A DNA stretch of 64,000 nucleotides from Podarcis pityusensis. Taxonomy: Eukaryota. Position numbers and translations under genes: made by a program. Below the pieces are notes generated by a model that ran no database searches, was not told where the DNA came from, and saw only the letters and a list, made by a program, of their open reading frames with translations. The stretch lies in the NCBI GenBank assembly GCA_964106645.2, contig OZ067039.1. The stretch is one strand, 5' to 3'. The stretch's first letter is position 1. Every line of letters begins with the position of its first letter. Below, one piece after another: positions 52,708 to 64,000 of this stretch.

Positions 52708-54777
52708 ATAGAGCTTGTAAACAGGATCTCCTGTTCCTTGTAGGTTTCAAATGAGATCTGAAGCCCAGTGCCTGTTTTGTGGAGGTGGATGGGACATTTA
52801 AGCAGGCTGGCATCTATCTATATAGGAGGGTCATACAAGTATCAGCTTGTGATGACTAACATCTACATGCAATAAATGCCAAGGTTTAAGGGCTTCTACC
52901 GCAGCCTCTGATACACAAATCACTCAGCTGTATGCTTTAGGTGGTATTGTCCTTGGCAACAAGTTACACAGGCACAAAGCTCCCATTTCAGAGTCCCCAT
53001 ATTACATTAATAAAAGGACCATGCCATTCTTAGTTGCCAGTCCAGCTTTTTTGATGGGAAAGTAATGTGCTCACCTTCTTACAATTATCTTAGTTTATTT
53101 AGTAACATGACCCATTGTAGAAGGAACTGCACTTAGAATTAAATTAATCTCTTTCTTTCCCCACCCAAGGAAATAATATATACAATACTTTTGCCTTCCT
53201 TATTTAAGTAAAATAAGAAGTCGCCTTGAAAAATAGCTTTGGACTTGCATTTTGACAACAGAGAAACTTCCACTACAGGATTATACTAGTAGGCGATTTG
53301 TGTTTTTTTCCAGCACAATGAAGCAAATTACTTGCTGCTCAATTTCTATCCACCAGCCATCCATTGTGAAGCAGTGACACCAACGTTGTTGCTGTTTCAA
53401 AGCACACTGTGCTGAATTTTTATGGATAATTTTAAACTTCACATTATTCTCTTATTGAATAGCTTTCTATAAATTACCATCTTGATTTGCTTCGATGTCA
53501 TATAGAGGTCAAATCATTTCATAGTTATTCCCTGAATACCTTGTGTTACCATTCAGAATAGTTTTTTTTTTAATGAATTCTGAATTCACATAAAAAGACA
53601 AGTGCACAATAAATTGAATTACTGTATTAATTAAGCTGGGTTTATTGTCCGAGCTCAACAACATAAAGAGAATGATAAAGAAATAAAATTATCTATGTGT
53701 AAAAGTCAGCTCCTAACGTTCTGTCATTCTCCCCAAACATTGTGTTATGCTTAGTGTGACTAAGAAAGTCTTAAGGCAGAGCTATGCAAACACAGTCTTG
53801 CTTGTTTCTCTGCAGCTTCCATTGGGTTCTGTGGAACATTATGGGCTGCCGTCTAGGACCTAGTTGAGAGGGTTGTTGACTGTTTTACACTCCAGAATCA
53901 GCAGCAGGTTTAGCTGGTGTCTCTTCACCCCTGAAAACAAATGGCTTCCATTTTCATATGACAAAAACTACTACCTGAAGACAATATTGTGGAGGAGGCA
54001 AAATAATGCCAATCTCCCCTGCTCCTGACAGGCTAAAGAATATCCCTTCTCCCCTTTCTGAAGGCTCTTCCAGTGCTGATCTACTTTCTAGCAGGTGACA
54101 TAAAACTTTATAAGCTTATTGGAGACTTTCCAGAAGAACTGAGCTCTTTTTATATAGACCAAGTGATTTAGCGTTTAAGGACATCCTGACAATTTGATGT
54201 AACGTTTGCGATTGGGAAGCAGTATAGGGTATAGCTATGATTATGTCAATGGCCTTTTAAAATATGTGATCATTTTAATAAAAAAATATTCAAACACTGT
54301 GTGACCTTCTAAAAATTAAGTGTCTGTAGTGTGGGAGCAGCTGAGATGTGATAACTCTGAGAATGTTTTCTCCCATAGCCTAAAATAAAAGACGAGCCAA
54401 TTCCTTGGAGGTTGGTTTTATTTATTTGTGGGTTAGAACATGTATTTTAGTGTAAACACAGAATTCCAGGACCTTACAACAGATGAAGTACAATTTTATC
54501 AAAACATTTCCAAAATAGTAACTTCTTTTTTTAAAAAAATCATTGCTTCATGAAATAGAACGTTGACAGAATAAAAAGATATTCAGTAACTGGTGTAAAG
54601 CCATGTAGGAGGGAGACAATTGCACTTCACAGTGTAAGGTAATACATTATCTTGGTCCAGCCACTGAGAAGGTGTTCTCCTTCTCTTGTCCCACCCAGCT
54701 GTTTCTCCACAGCTGGAATGGATGGAATGGATTCAGTTCCAAAGCGAGATGCTAATGCTATTTTTCTTTCCCTTTAG

Positions 54778-54882
54778 GCTGGTGGTTTGTGAGCACATCA
54801 GATGAACAAGGATGGGTCCCAGCTACATGCTTAGAAGTTCAGGATGGAGCCCAGGATGAATTTTCAATGCAACCTGAAGAAG
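54778..54882 (+). CDS. SH3PXD2B: SH3PXD2B coding exon 8 (SH3#1 C-half and linker), 105 nt
   Basis: ttccctttAG|GCTGGTGG...GAAGAAG|GTaaga; encodes (G)[34 protein letters not shown](E). Confidence 0.97.
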
Positions 54883-55774
54883 GTAAGAAAATGGCTTGAG
54901 AGAAGCTCCCCAGTAATTCCTGGGTTTATTATGTGAACTGCTCTAGTCCAGCTAAATTTTTCAGGCTGTTGTCCAGGGAGCTAAAACTCCAGTTTGGTTT
55001 GCATTTTAAAAAGTCCTAGTATCTCTCATCTTTAGCAAGCTCCCATGAAGGCTGACCTGGATATCACTGACAGAGAAGGTGGTGCTAATGAGCTTGCTTG
55101 AGCCTTTTCCAGCCTTCAGTATCCAACTTTTCCTCCATCTTTGAGCCACAAGCCACACCAGCCTTTGATATGAAGAGCGCACATTCTGAATTAAGACCCC
55201 TAAATGGGTGCTTTGTTGGGTAATTTTTTTAAAAAATGACAGCTGCTGTTATCCTATTGTATTGCACCTGAGTAATATTTGCTATGGCTGTCCACACTGG
55301 AAAGTCCCAAGTGGTTTACATGGACCCCACGGTGGTTTCTCTTCCCCTTACTGCTCAAGTTCACATGCACTTCTTTTCAACAATGCTGCAACAGCAGGTG
55401 CTCCTGTGGCATTTGCTAGGTCCTCCCCATGGTGGCTTCTTGTGATGGAATGAGAAATGCAGAGACAGACATCAACAAAACGGGTCAAAAGTGTCCAAAG
55501 GGCACAACACTTTTTGAGGAACTTATTGAGTTTGTTGTGATTTCTTCGTTCCTTCCTTTTTTAGAAGGTGCAGATACTGCTCATTTTTAATTTGACACCT
55601 TTGTTAAGCAAAGCATCCAAGTCTTTCATATGAGCTGTGGAGGGATCAAGGTGCATTGTCTGGTTGTGGAATTGTCTGCTCTATTAAACAAGGCTGATAC
55701 TTTTAAGGAGTGAAGAGCTGCCTCCTTACACCCTGTTTTGTCCCTCTCCTGCTTCCCCAACATGCTCCTCCCAG

Positions 55775-55858
55775 TCCCATGGAGATACTGGTCTCTTCCC
55801 AGGCACGTGGGCCGCCGTCGGACTCTTGGGGACTTGTACACCAGTGGATGGGGTCAAG
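55775..55858 (+). CDS. SH3PXD2B: Candidate alternatively spliced 84-nt cassette exon in the SH3#1-SH3#2 linker
   Basis: Pyrimidine-rich acceptor ...gctcctcccAG|TCCCATGG...GGTCAAG|GTggat. Phase 1 to 1, no stop; encodes VPWRYWSLPRHVGRRRTLGDLYTSGWGQ. Same position and size as the Tks5 alternative insert (...DRRWTLGG..., from memory). Three TGCATG motifs lie downstream. Confidence 0.82.
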
Positions 55859-55927
55859 GTGGATGCTGTGGAGATTGCTTTTATTGACCTCCATTTGTGC
55901 TTTGGACATTTGTCTACTTACCGTTTC

Positions 55928-55970
55928 TGCATGTGCTGCCCATTGTGGTGTTTGCATGCGTTGTTGCATG
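55928..55970 (+). promoter_or_regulatory. Cluster of three RBFOX-binding elements (UGCAUG), putative intronic splicing enhancer
   Basis: TGCATG at 55928-55933, 55953-55958 and 55965-55970, 70-112 nt downstream of the cassette exon donor. Confidence 0.7.
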
Positions 55971-56424
55971 TAATATATTACTTATTCACTGGGAATCCAC
56001 CCTTTGTATTTCCTTGTGTTCACTGCTAGTCATATATGTTAAACCCCCACCAACCCCTCTTTCTCCTGCTTCTGGTACTTACTGTGTCAATGCCTCATGA
56101 TTTAGGAGTTCTACTCTTCTGTGCCAGACTAAAGAGGATGTTAAATGCTCCTTTACATTCAACTTGCAAGTGCTAAAAAATGCAAATTGCATTGGGTGGG
56201 CTGATAATTACTGGGCTCACAGCCGGCATGGTGAGAGAATTTTTCTCTTTGTTTCCCCTGTTATGGTCTTAAGGAAAATCTCAGAAGCCAGTATTTGTTC
56301 TCGGAGACATTTTTCTCCCAAAGCAAATACCACCTTTCAAAAGAGGAATTTCCTCAAGACTGCAAGGATATGTGTGTGCAAAGTTTAAATTCTCCCTCCA
56401 TAACTGCTGTGAGCCTATAAATTA

Positions 56425-56465
<41 letters not shown>
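56425..56465. repeat. (CA)n microsatellite
   Basis: Directly visible. Confidence 0.95.
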
Positions 56466-56468
<3 letters not shown>

Positions 56469-58367
56469 CCGGCTGATGCAATTAATAAGCACACACTAGC
56501 ATGTTAAATATGAAGCTACATTTAATGTCTTGTCTGGTTGCCCTTAGTTGACTCAGATATTTCCTTCTTGCACTGTGTTTCTAGCTTATCTTAAATCTAG
56601 AAGGAAAACAAAGACTGGCACAGACCTGCTTGATGTAATCGACCACATCTCAGAGTTTTCATGCCTTGGCTGTGTTCCTTATAATTCCTGTTGCATCCTG
56701 ATGCCATGACATCTGTTTGATGCTCTGCTGATGTGCTTCTGATTTGTCAGGAAGTAAAGTGTGGAGCATGTTGGTTGTGTGCTCAGGCACTTGAACACAT
56801 TTTATGGCTAGACATTTCAAGTGGACACATACATCCACTGAAGTACCTCATTGTGAAGTTGGCACTTCAAGGTTATGTTAGTCTAACCAAGTGCTTGTCC
56901 GCACTTTGCTTGTCCCATCCCAGAAAGCATGGGTCTGAGTGGTTTTCTGCTTGCCCCACCACTTCCCCGGGAAAACCTGTACTTTGCAACTGAATCGGAG
57001 GAAACGTCAGTCCACGAAAAACCTGCTCCGAATCAGCAGTAAAGAGCAGCTTTTCCTGGAGAATGTGGCGACTCAAACTGAAGTGTGGATGAGCTCATAT
57101 ACTGCAGTTCTGTAAGTGGAAAGGACTGTGCATGTTGTTTCAGCTCTTCCTGCCAGAGATATCATTAAACTAGCTGTGAAACTGATTCCTGGCTCTGCAC
57201 AAGGCATTTCTAGAAATGGGGACACAGTATAGGCTGCAGATGAGTATTGAATGCCAATGGCAGTCTTGCTGAGGCAGACTAGCTGGCATCACTTTGGCAG
57301 CTGTGCATAGGGAAAGCAGGCCACAAAAGCATCGTTTGTTATTTGTCGGTAATGCAGGTGGTGTGTGTGTGTTTGGATTTCTTGCTTCTCTTTCTGTAGA
57401 GTTGCCGCGATTATATTTTTAGTGATACCGTGATACCAGGTTATTCTGCCTAGTCTTAGCTAGCTGTTACTTCCTTTTCCTCTGGAATGTCGCTGGAAAT
57501 TGGTTAAAAGTCATGGCCCTGGTGTTGGCATAATTCGCATTCCCCTGTAACTTTACCAACAGTCTGTTATTAGGGAGGATGTAAGGCAGTGGCAGCTAAC
57601 CTGTAGCCTTTCAGATGTGCTTGGCCTCCCAACTCCTGTCAGGCTTAGCCAGCATGTCCAATGGTCAGGGATTATGAGAGTTGGTGCAGTCCGACAATAT
57701 TTGGAAACTACTGCCTTGGCTATCTGTGATGTAAGAGATAGGGAATGGTTGTCATGGTAACAGGGGCAGAGGTCAAGTAAGCACACTGTTTTTACAAGAG
57801 AGCTCGACAGTGGCATCATGACCCCAGGCGAGGAGAAACAGAGGAAACGAATGGGATGCAATCTTGGAACCAGTGGAGTTATTGCAAGAGCTGTGAAATA
57901 GCTGCTTATTGGAGTGGTGTGGTTCCTTGAGTGCTATAACATGGGAGGAGCGTGGTCTCTTCAATTGCGCAGGAGAAGCTATCTGTGAGTCTCTGATGTT
58001 ACAGCGCTCATGTGAGTAGAGCACTCAAATGAACACTTGTGCACCCAGATAAAGCTGCTGAAACAACATCGGAACTGATGCTTAAGGTGTTTGGTATCGG
58101 ACACTTAGGGCTAATGGAAAAGCAGATTCTTTTTAGAACAGGCCTGTGCAACACCCCACCCCGACAAGCCTGGCGTACACAGCCCACCTCATTTCCACTG
58201 ACCACCTATTACAGCTGCCTGTCTTCAACTGGAAAAACAGAGAGGTTGTCACGCACCAGGCAGGGGCTGATAGGGTTCATTAGACTTGCAGGAGGGTATT
58301 ACAAGTTATGTGAGTAGATTTTTGGAAGCTTGTGTCAGGTGGATAATCTCTCGACCCTGGTGTGTGA

Positions 58368-58673
<306 letters not shown>

Positions 58674-61600
58674 TAAGGGGCAAGCTACTTTTATTTATTT
58701 ATTACTGCAGTCTTGTGTACTAAAACCCAATGATGTTTATCTCTGTCTCTTGCAAAGCACCCTTAGGAGAGGGTAGCTTCCATCCAGGAAGGGACAGAAG
58801 GAAAGATCAGGTTAAGACACACAAAGCTCCAGCAGTGACTGATGTAGAGGAATGCATTTTGTGGCATTCTGCTCTGTTTCTAGGAGTTAAAAATTAGATA
58901 ACACAAGCTCTTTTTGGAAGAGGAGTGGACACACAGAGGCAATACTTTAGTGTTGAAAGGAATTGCTTTTTGCATTATGAACAGATGCCCTGAAAGTCTC
59001 ATTGGCACATTCTGGTATATAAGGTGGTCCTGCCAACACATTTGTGGGTTTCGGAAACATGTGCAGGGAACTATCCAAAAGGTAACAAGGCATGATGTGC
59101 CACTGAAGCTACATTTTCATATCACAAAATGGTGGGTGCAAAGAGGTGGGTTCTTTGGCTATTTTAAAAAAAAAAAACCCTTTAAAGATGCTGTAATGCA
59201 TAGGGGGGAAAGGTACTCGAACAGTTGAGTTGGGGAAAGAGGTTGTAGAGAATGCCCTGAACCATGCTTCTTTATTGGCTTAAACTGCATGCTGCTGCAG
59301 TTGTCTTTGCAGTTAAGGGCACTTCCTTTTAGTGGTAAAATGTGTTTATCACACAGTCTCTGCTTTAAACCAAACCAACACACACAGCACTGTCACAATG
59401 ACTGCAACTGAAAGTGCTGGATGGTGCACAGGTTGGTTCATTAGATGCAAAAAAATGTGCGTTATTTTAGTACCTACTTTTTGTAAGAGACCCATTTCTA
59501 CACTTCTGACTCCCAACATAATGAAACTGCAGATTGATGAGTGAAATTCTCCAGCATCCTTAAATTAAGGGGGAAGGTCTCCCATCGTTCTGTTCTTTTT
59601 GCCTGGTATATTTCTTGCTCCTAAATCAAAGCATCTCTCTCAATTGTCCACTCTGTTTGCTGTTGAACAAGTCAACCATCCACCAGATTTTTGCATCTGT
59701 GTTGCCTAAAGAGGCTGCTGTTTGGTTTTGGTTTTTCGTTAATAGAATTTTTTTCTGGCTATAGATTTTTGAAGTGTTTAGTACAGCTTTGTTCACCACT
59801 TGAGAATCAGCTGTATCTGCCAGCCTTGTAACGGGGCAGCTAAAATATGGTTCACATTTGCAATAGAAAATGGTTGAAAATGTATGTGTTAATCAGATGG
59901 GGCAAAAATACAACACTCTGTTTACAAGGCAACTACAGCCATATTGATCAGGGCCATAACAGAACGCAGGCAGAAATAATGGGCAAACTAAGCACAAAAA
60001 AGAATGCCTTGATGACTATGATCTAACCCTTGGTTGGTCAGCTAAAGGTCTCTTCTGGCTACATTATAGTTGTAAGTCTTGACACTGGGCTGACACTGAC
60101 AAAGTGTGTGTCGAGGTAAAGCAGAGAGCAGGCTTTGATTTCCGTAACCTTCCAATGAACCTGCAGCATTGGCAACCACTACACCAGGAAAAAAGAATGT
60201 GTGTTGACATTTTAAACCGAGGAAATTTGCTTCAAAGAATCTCGAGTCTATTAAAGGCTCAGCAGCTGGCGTCATCTGATCCTAGCATCTTTGCCTCTGG
60301 CCACTAAGGTGGCATTTTCCTGTGGCTGGCACCAGTCCCTCCTCTCTGGCAGATGTCCTTGGTGGATGTGGTTTCTGAGTCACGGTAAAGGTTTAGGGCT
60401 ATTGTTTTGTTTTGGGTTTCTCTTCTTTTAATGGTTTTGATGTAAGAAAAGAAGACAAACGGCACACTGGAAAAGTGGCGACCTTTGTATGAGAACTGGA
60501 AACACCAAGAGTTAGACTGCTTTGCATGTGACAGAAAAGTAGATGCACCTGTTATTACCACATGCCCCAGTGTTGTTTCTTGTTATACCTTCTTCTTTTT
60601 TACATTATGCCACAGAGAAATGTAATTGGCCATAGATCTCGTATGTATATGCAGTGTATGCATTAGGGATGGGGGACTTCAGGTCCAGGGGCCAAATGAG
60701 GCCTTCTAGGCCTGTCTGGCCCTCAGGGTTTTTCCAAGGTCACACAGCCCTCACCAGTCCTGCTTTGCACCCTCCTTGAGTGTTTTTTTTGCCTGGCTAG
60801 AATGTGCCTGGATGGAGAGGGATGTGTGAATGTGTAAAAACTAATCTAGTGTACAAACAGCAAATTTCGCATTTGCAGCTGTGACTGCTTTTGCCTGTGG
60901 TTTCCCAGAAGGGGGTGTAGGCTGAAAAAGTTCCACCCACCCCCGGGTGTCTACATGGTGAGAGTACACAGTTTGCCTCTACACAATATAGCAGAGGTGG
61001 GGCAGTCTTTGGCCCCTCCAGATGCTCTTAACATCCATCTCCCACCAGCCTCATGGCCAGTGGTCAAGGATTATGGGAATTGTAGGCTAGCAACATCTGG
61101 AGGGCCACAGGTTCCCTCATCCTTGCGTTTTGAGGGACACAGCAATATGTGATGTGGCCCTTAGGCAGGCCCACTAGACTCTGTGACATTTGTCATGCGG
61201 CTTCAAAATAAGCAGAAAGGATTCTGGACTCAATACATTAGAGTAGTCCAGTGCATTTCTAGAAGGCACGTAATGCACAGGTAACAAATGATCAGAGGGT
61301 CTTCCTCTGTGCCCATGATGCACCCAGAATGGGTTGGAGACTCCTGTGTTCCAGATTAGTCTTGCTGTATGCCATAATCCATTCCACCTCTGGAGACTGG
61401 TTATTACAGCACAGCATACTGCCAGTATATAGCCTTTCCCCCCCAATGAGGTACAGCCACCTTGGGCATCTGTATGAAAAGATGGGAGATAAATCAGCTT
61501 AATCAACAATAAGCAAACATTCATAAATGTGAAGGTATGGGGTCTTGAAAGATACTCAAGAGTGTATCTCTCAGATAACGGAAGAATGAAATGGGGGGCG

Positions 61601-61752
61601 GGGAGGAATCTGTATTGATCAGTCTGATTTCTCAGAATGTTGATTTAGAACCCTTTTTGCGCCTCTCGAGAACTGCTATGAATCAGGATGGCTGTAGCCG
61701 TGATAAGAACGAGACAGAAGTCTAAATAATTTGACTATGCATATTGCTGCAG

Positions 61753-61979
61753 GTATCAGGGTCAGGAGGGCTGGGCCCCAGCGTCATACCTGAAAAAGGG
61801 GAGTGGTGACATGCTTGCTCCAAAACTGGGATCTGCCACTTCCACCCACTCCTATGCACTAGACCTGGATGGAATCTCCCGGCAGCAGAACTCGGCGGGC
61901 CGAGACAAGGATGGGCCGAACAACCAAAGAGATGGAAGGTTTGATGGTCGCCCATTGCCAAATGTGGACCTTAGGCGAA
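61753..61979 (+). CDS. SH3PXD2B: SH3PXD2B coding exon 10 (end of SH3#2 and linker), 227 nt
   Basis: gctgcAG|GTATCAGG...AGGCGAA|GTaagt; encodes (R)[75 protein letters not shown](K). Confidence 0.96.
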
Positions 61980-62459
61980 GTAAGTTGGGAAGAATGAACA
62001 AAAGTTTTGGGTTCTTTGTAGGACATGCTAGCCTGGTATGGTGCAGGAAGGTCTTCATGGCTCTTGAGTTTTGTAGCTTCTTGAGAATTATAATTGGAAG
62101 AACTGGGGTTATTTAGGTCAGTTCAGCAAAGCTGATGGTAAATTTTGGAACCCTTTCTAGTGTATGTTTGTATTGCATTCTACTTCTGCTGCTACTCCAA
62201 TGAAGCATATCTCAAACTTGGTGGCAGTTGTTTGGACATTATGCATCTAGGGGGGCATGTTGTTCAGGATTTTAGTGTAGGTTTGCGTGTGAAGAACCTA
62301 CCCACCCCGTCTCTATAATATATGTACTCAGTCTCTCTTTCCCTCTTGCTGTTTTTTTCCTCAGACTGGACTGGTGGGGTCTTGTTAGTTCTTCTTAAGT
62401 ATCACTTTTTGAAACATGTTTTGATACCCTTCAGTCACAATGAAATATTTTCTTGGCAG

Positions 62460-62509
62460 AGTCACCAAAGATGAGACAGAGACCCCCTCCTCGTCGAGAT
62501 CTCACAATA
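62460..62509 (+). CDS. SH3PXD2B: SH3PXD2B coding exon 11 (proline-rich/polybasic motif), 50 nt
   Basis: ttcttggcAG|AGTCACCA...CACAATA|GTaagt; encodes (K)SPKMRQRPPPRRDLTI. Confidence 0.96.
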
Positions 62510-63884
62510 GTAAGTATTGCCCCCAGTTGCTTTAAGCTGGGGAGTTCTGGTGCATTATTAAATACATAGAACAAAAATAAGCTAGACCAGTGGTGGTGGT
62601 AGAAAGGGACACAGCTTGTCTTGCCGCATTTTGCATTTTGGCATAGATTCCCATGTGCAAACATGTCCGTATATGTAACTTGCTTCTTAATGAATGGATG
62701 AATATGGAAGTGATAAAATAATGCTCTGGCAAGGATCAGACCATTGCCGCAATATATAAAGGGGGAAATAGTGCTTTCTGCATGCATGCCCAGTGCAATT
62801 GATCCCATGCACAAAATTCATTGCATGAGAAGCTTCCCTAATCTTCCTCCTTGTGATCCACATGTGCAGTGGTTCTACCTAATATAGCTGGTGCAGGAGT
62901 GAGGCTTAAACCCCCCCCCCCCATCTGCTTTCTTCTGTCAAGGGTCTCTTGCCTTACGAATGAGTATATACCATTCTGTTTTGAAGTAGCTGCACAGGCC
63001 TCTTCTGTTGTGTTTATGGCCAGCAGATAGCTGCAGCTGCCCACAAAATATACTTCAGGTGTGGCAGTTTCCATAGCACAGGTGCTCTGGAAATAAGCCT
63101 ACTTACCTACCATATATGACAATGTGCACTGCATGTATATAGAGTATATATGCTTAATCTGTCGTGGGAGCATGGACTAAGGAAAGCTTTGCTTATAAGC
63201 CTCATGCATGTGTTTCTCTATGCATACAACTTTCCCTCAAGTTCAGAGATTGACCAAGGAAACGTTGCCTTCTCCATGAGGCCCTGGAGCACACACAGCT
63301 GGCAGGTCAGCAGTTGAAATATGTCCTGTATAGATGTCCCTGAAATAGATTTTGTTTTTTAAAGCAAACTTGGCCCATTTTCCATGTCATTCCTTTTATA
63401 TCATAGTATTAGAAAGTGACTATATTCACTGATAAAAGAGTCTACAGAGAGTTGAAAATAAAACCCCACAGAGGGAACTCTTAGGGTAAGAAGATCCCTT
63501 GGGGAAAAGTGAGGGGTTTTTGCTTCTTCAGCGATAGTTTTCCCAGGAGCAGCCATTCAAAGCAGGGCTGAAGCTGGGATTACTTCTCTGCAGACCTGAA
63601 TTTTAATCTGAGCTGCCCAAGAATCCATGAGCTTCTAAGGCTCTCCTCCCCTTCGAGGCAAGGAGTATGACGTCTGGAAGTTCATTTCCAGGCCCAGACC
63701 TGCTAAACATCTCCAGCATCTTTAATCCCGTGTGGCCTCTCTTGAAAGATGAGCTTGTCAGCAGTAACTGTAAAATCAGTGAAGCCACATGAACCTGCCA
63801 GCCAAATGCTACCTTCCTTGTGGGCTATTTTGGAGGGCAGTGGGGTATATTGTCCCTTGTCATCTTCGGACAGAAGTAGGCTGA

Positions 63885-64000
<116 letters not shown>

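Noticed and set aside
58039-58317. 92-aa ORF ending at a good-looking donor (TAT|GTGAGT) just upstream of exon 9, as a possible alternative first exon
   Set aside because: Splicing in its frame onto exon 9 creates T+AG = TAG stop at the junction, and the peptide resembles nothing I recognise.

Overview
Eukaryotic, intron-rich window from a squamate reptile, most likely a lacertid lizard (inferred from its SINE/LINE/MITE content). The + strand carries the internal part of SH3PXD2B (Tks4; PX domain plus SH3 domains). Ten constitutive coding exons (human exons 3-12, the last cut by the window end) were recovered by hand. All have GT-AG boundaries, consistent phases and the human exon sizes as I recall them (76, 77, 92, 26, 135, 105, 118, 227, 50 nt). 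The best finding is an extra, frame-preserving 84-nt cassette exon (55775-55858) between SH3#1 and SH3#2. It is missed by the ORF track, resembles the 28-aa alternative insert of the paralog Tks5, and is followed by three RBFOX (TGCATG) sites. The introns hold a 5'-truncated BovB/RTE LINE with an uninterrupted RT ORF, two Sauria SINEs, a Squam3-like SINE, a CR1-tailed tRNA SINE, CR1 and L2 fragments, many hAT and Tc1/Tigger MITEs, microsatellites and a 153-nt assembly gap. Almost all ORFs in the supplied track are spurious. I found no prokaryote-type system (CRISPR, operon or similar), and nothing I can honestly call a new biological system beyond the candidate splicing switch.
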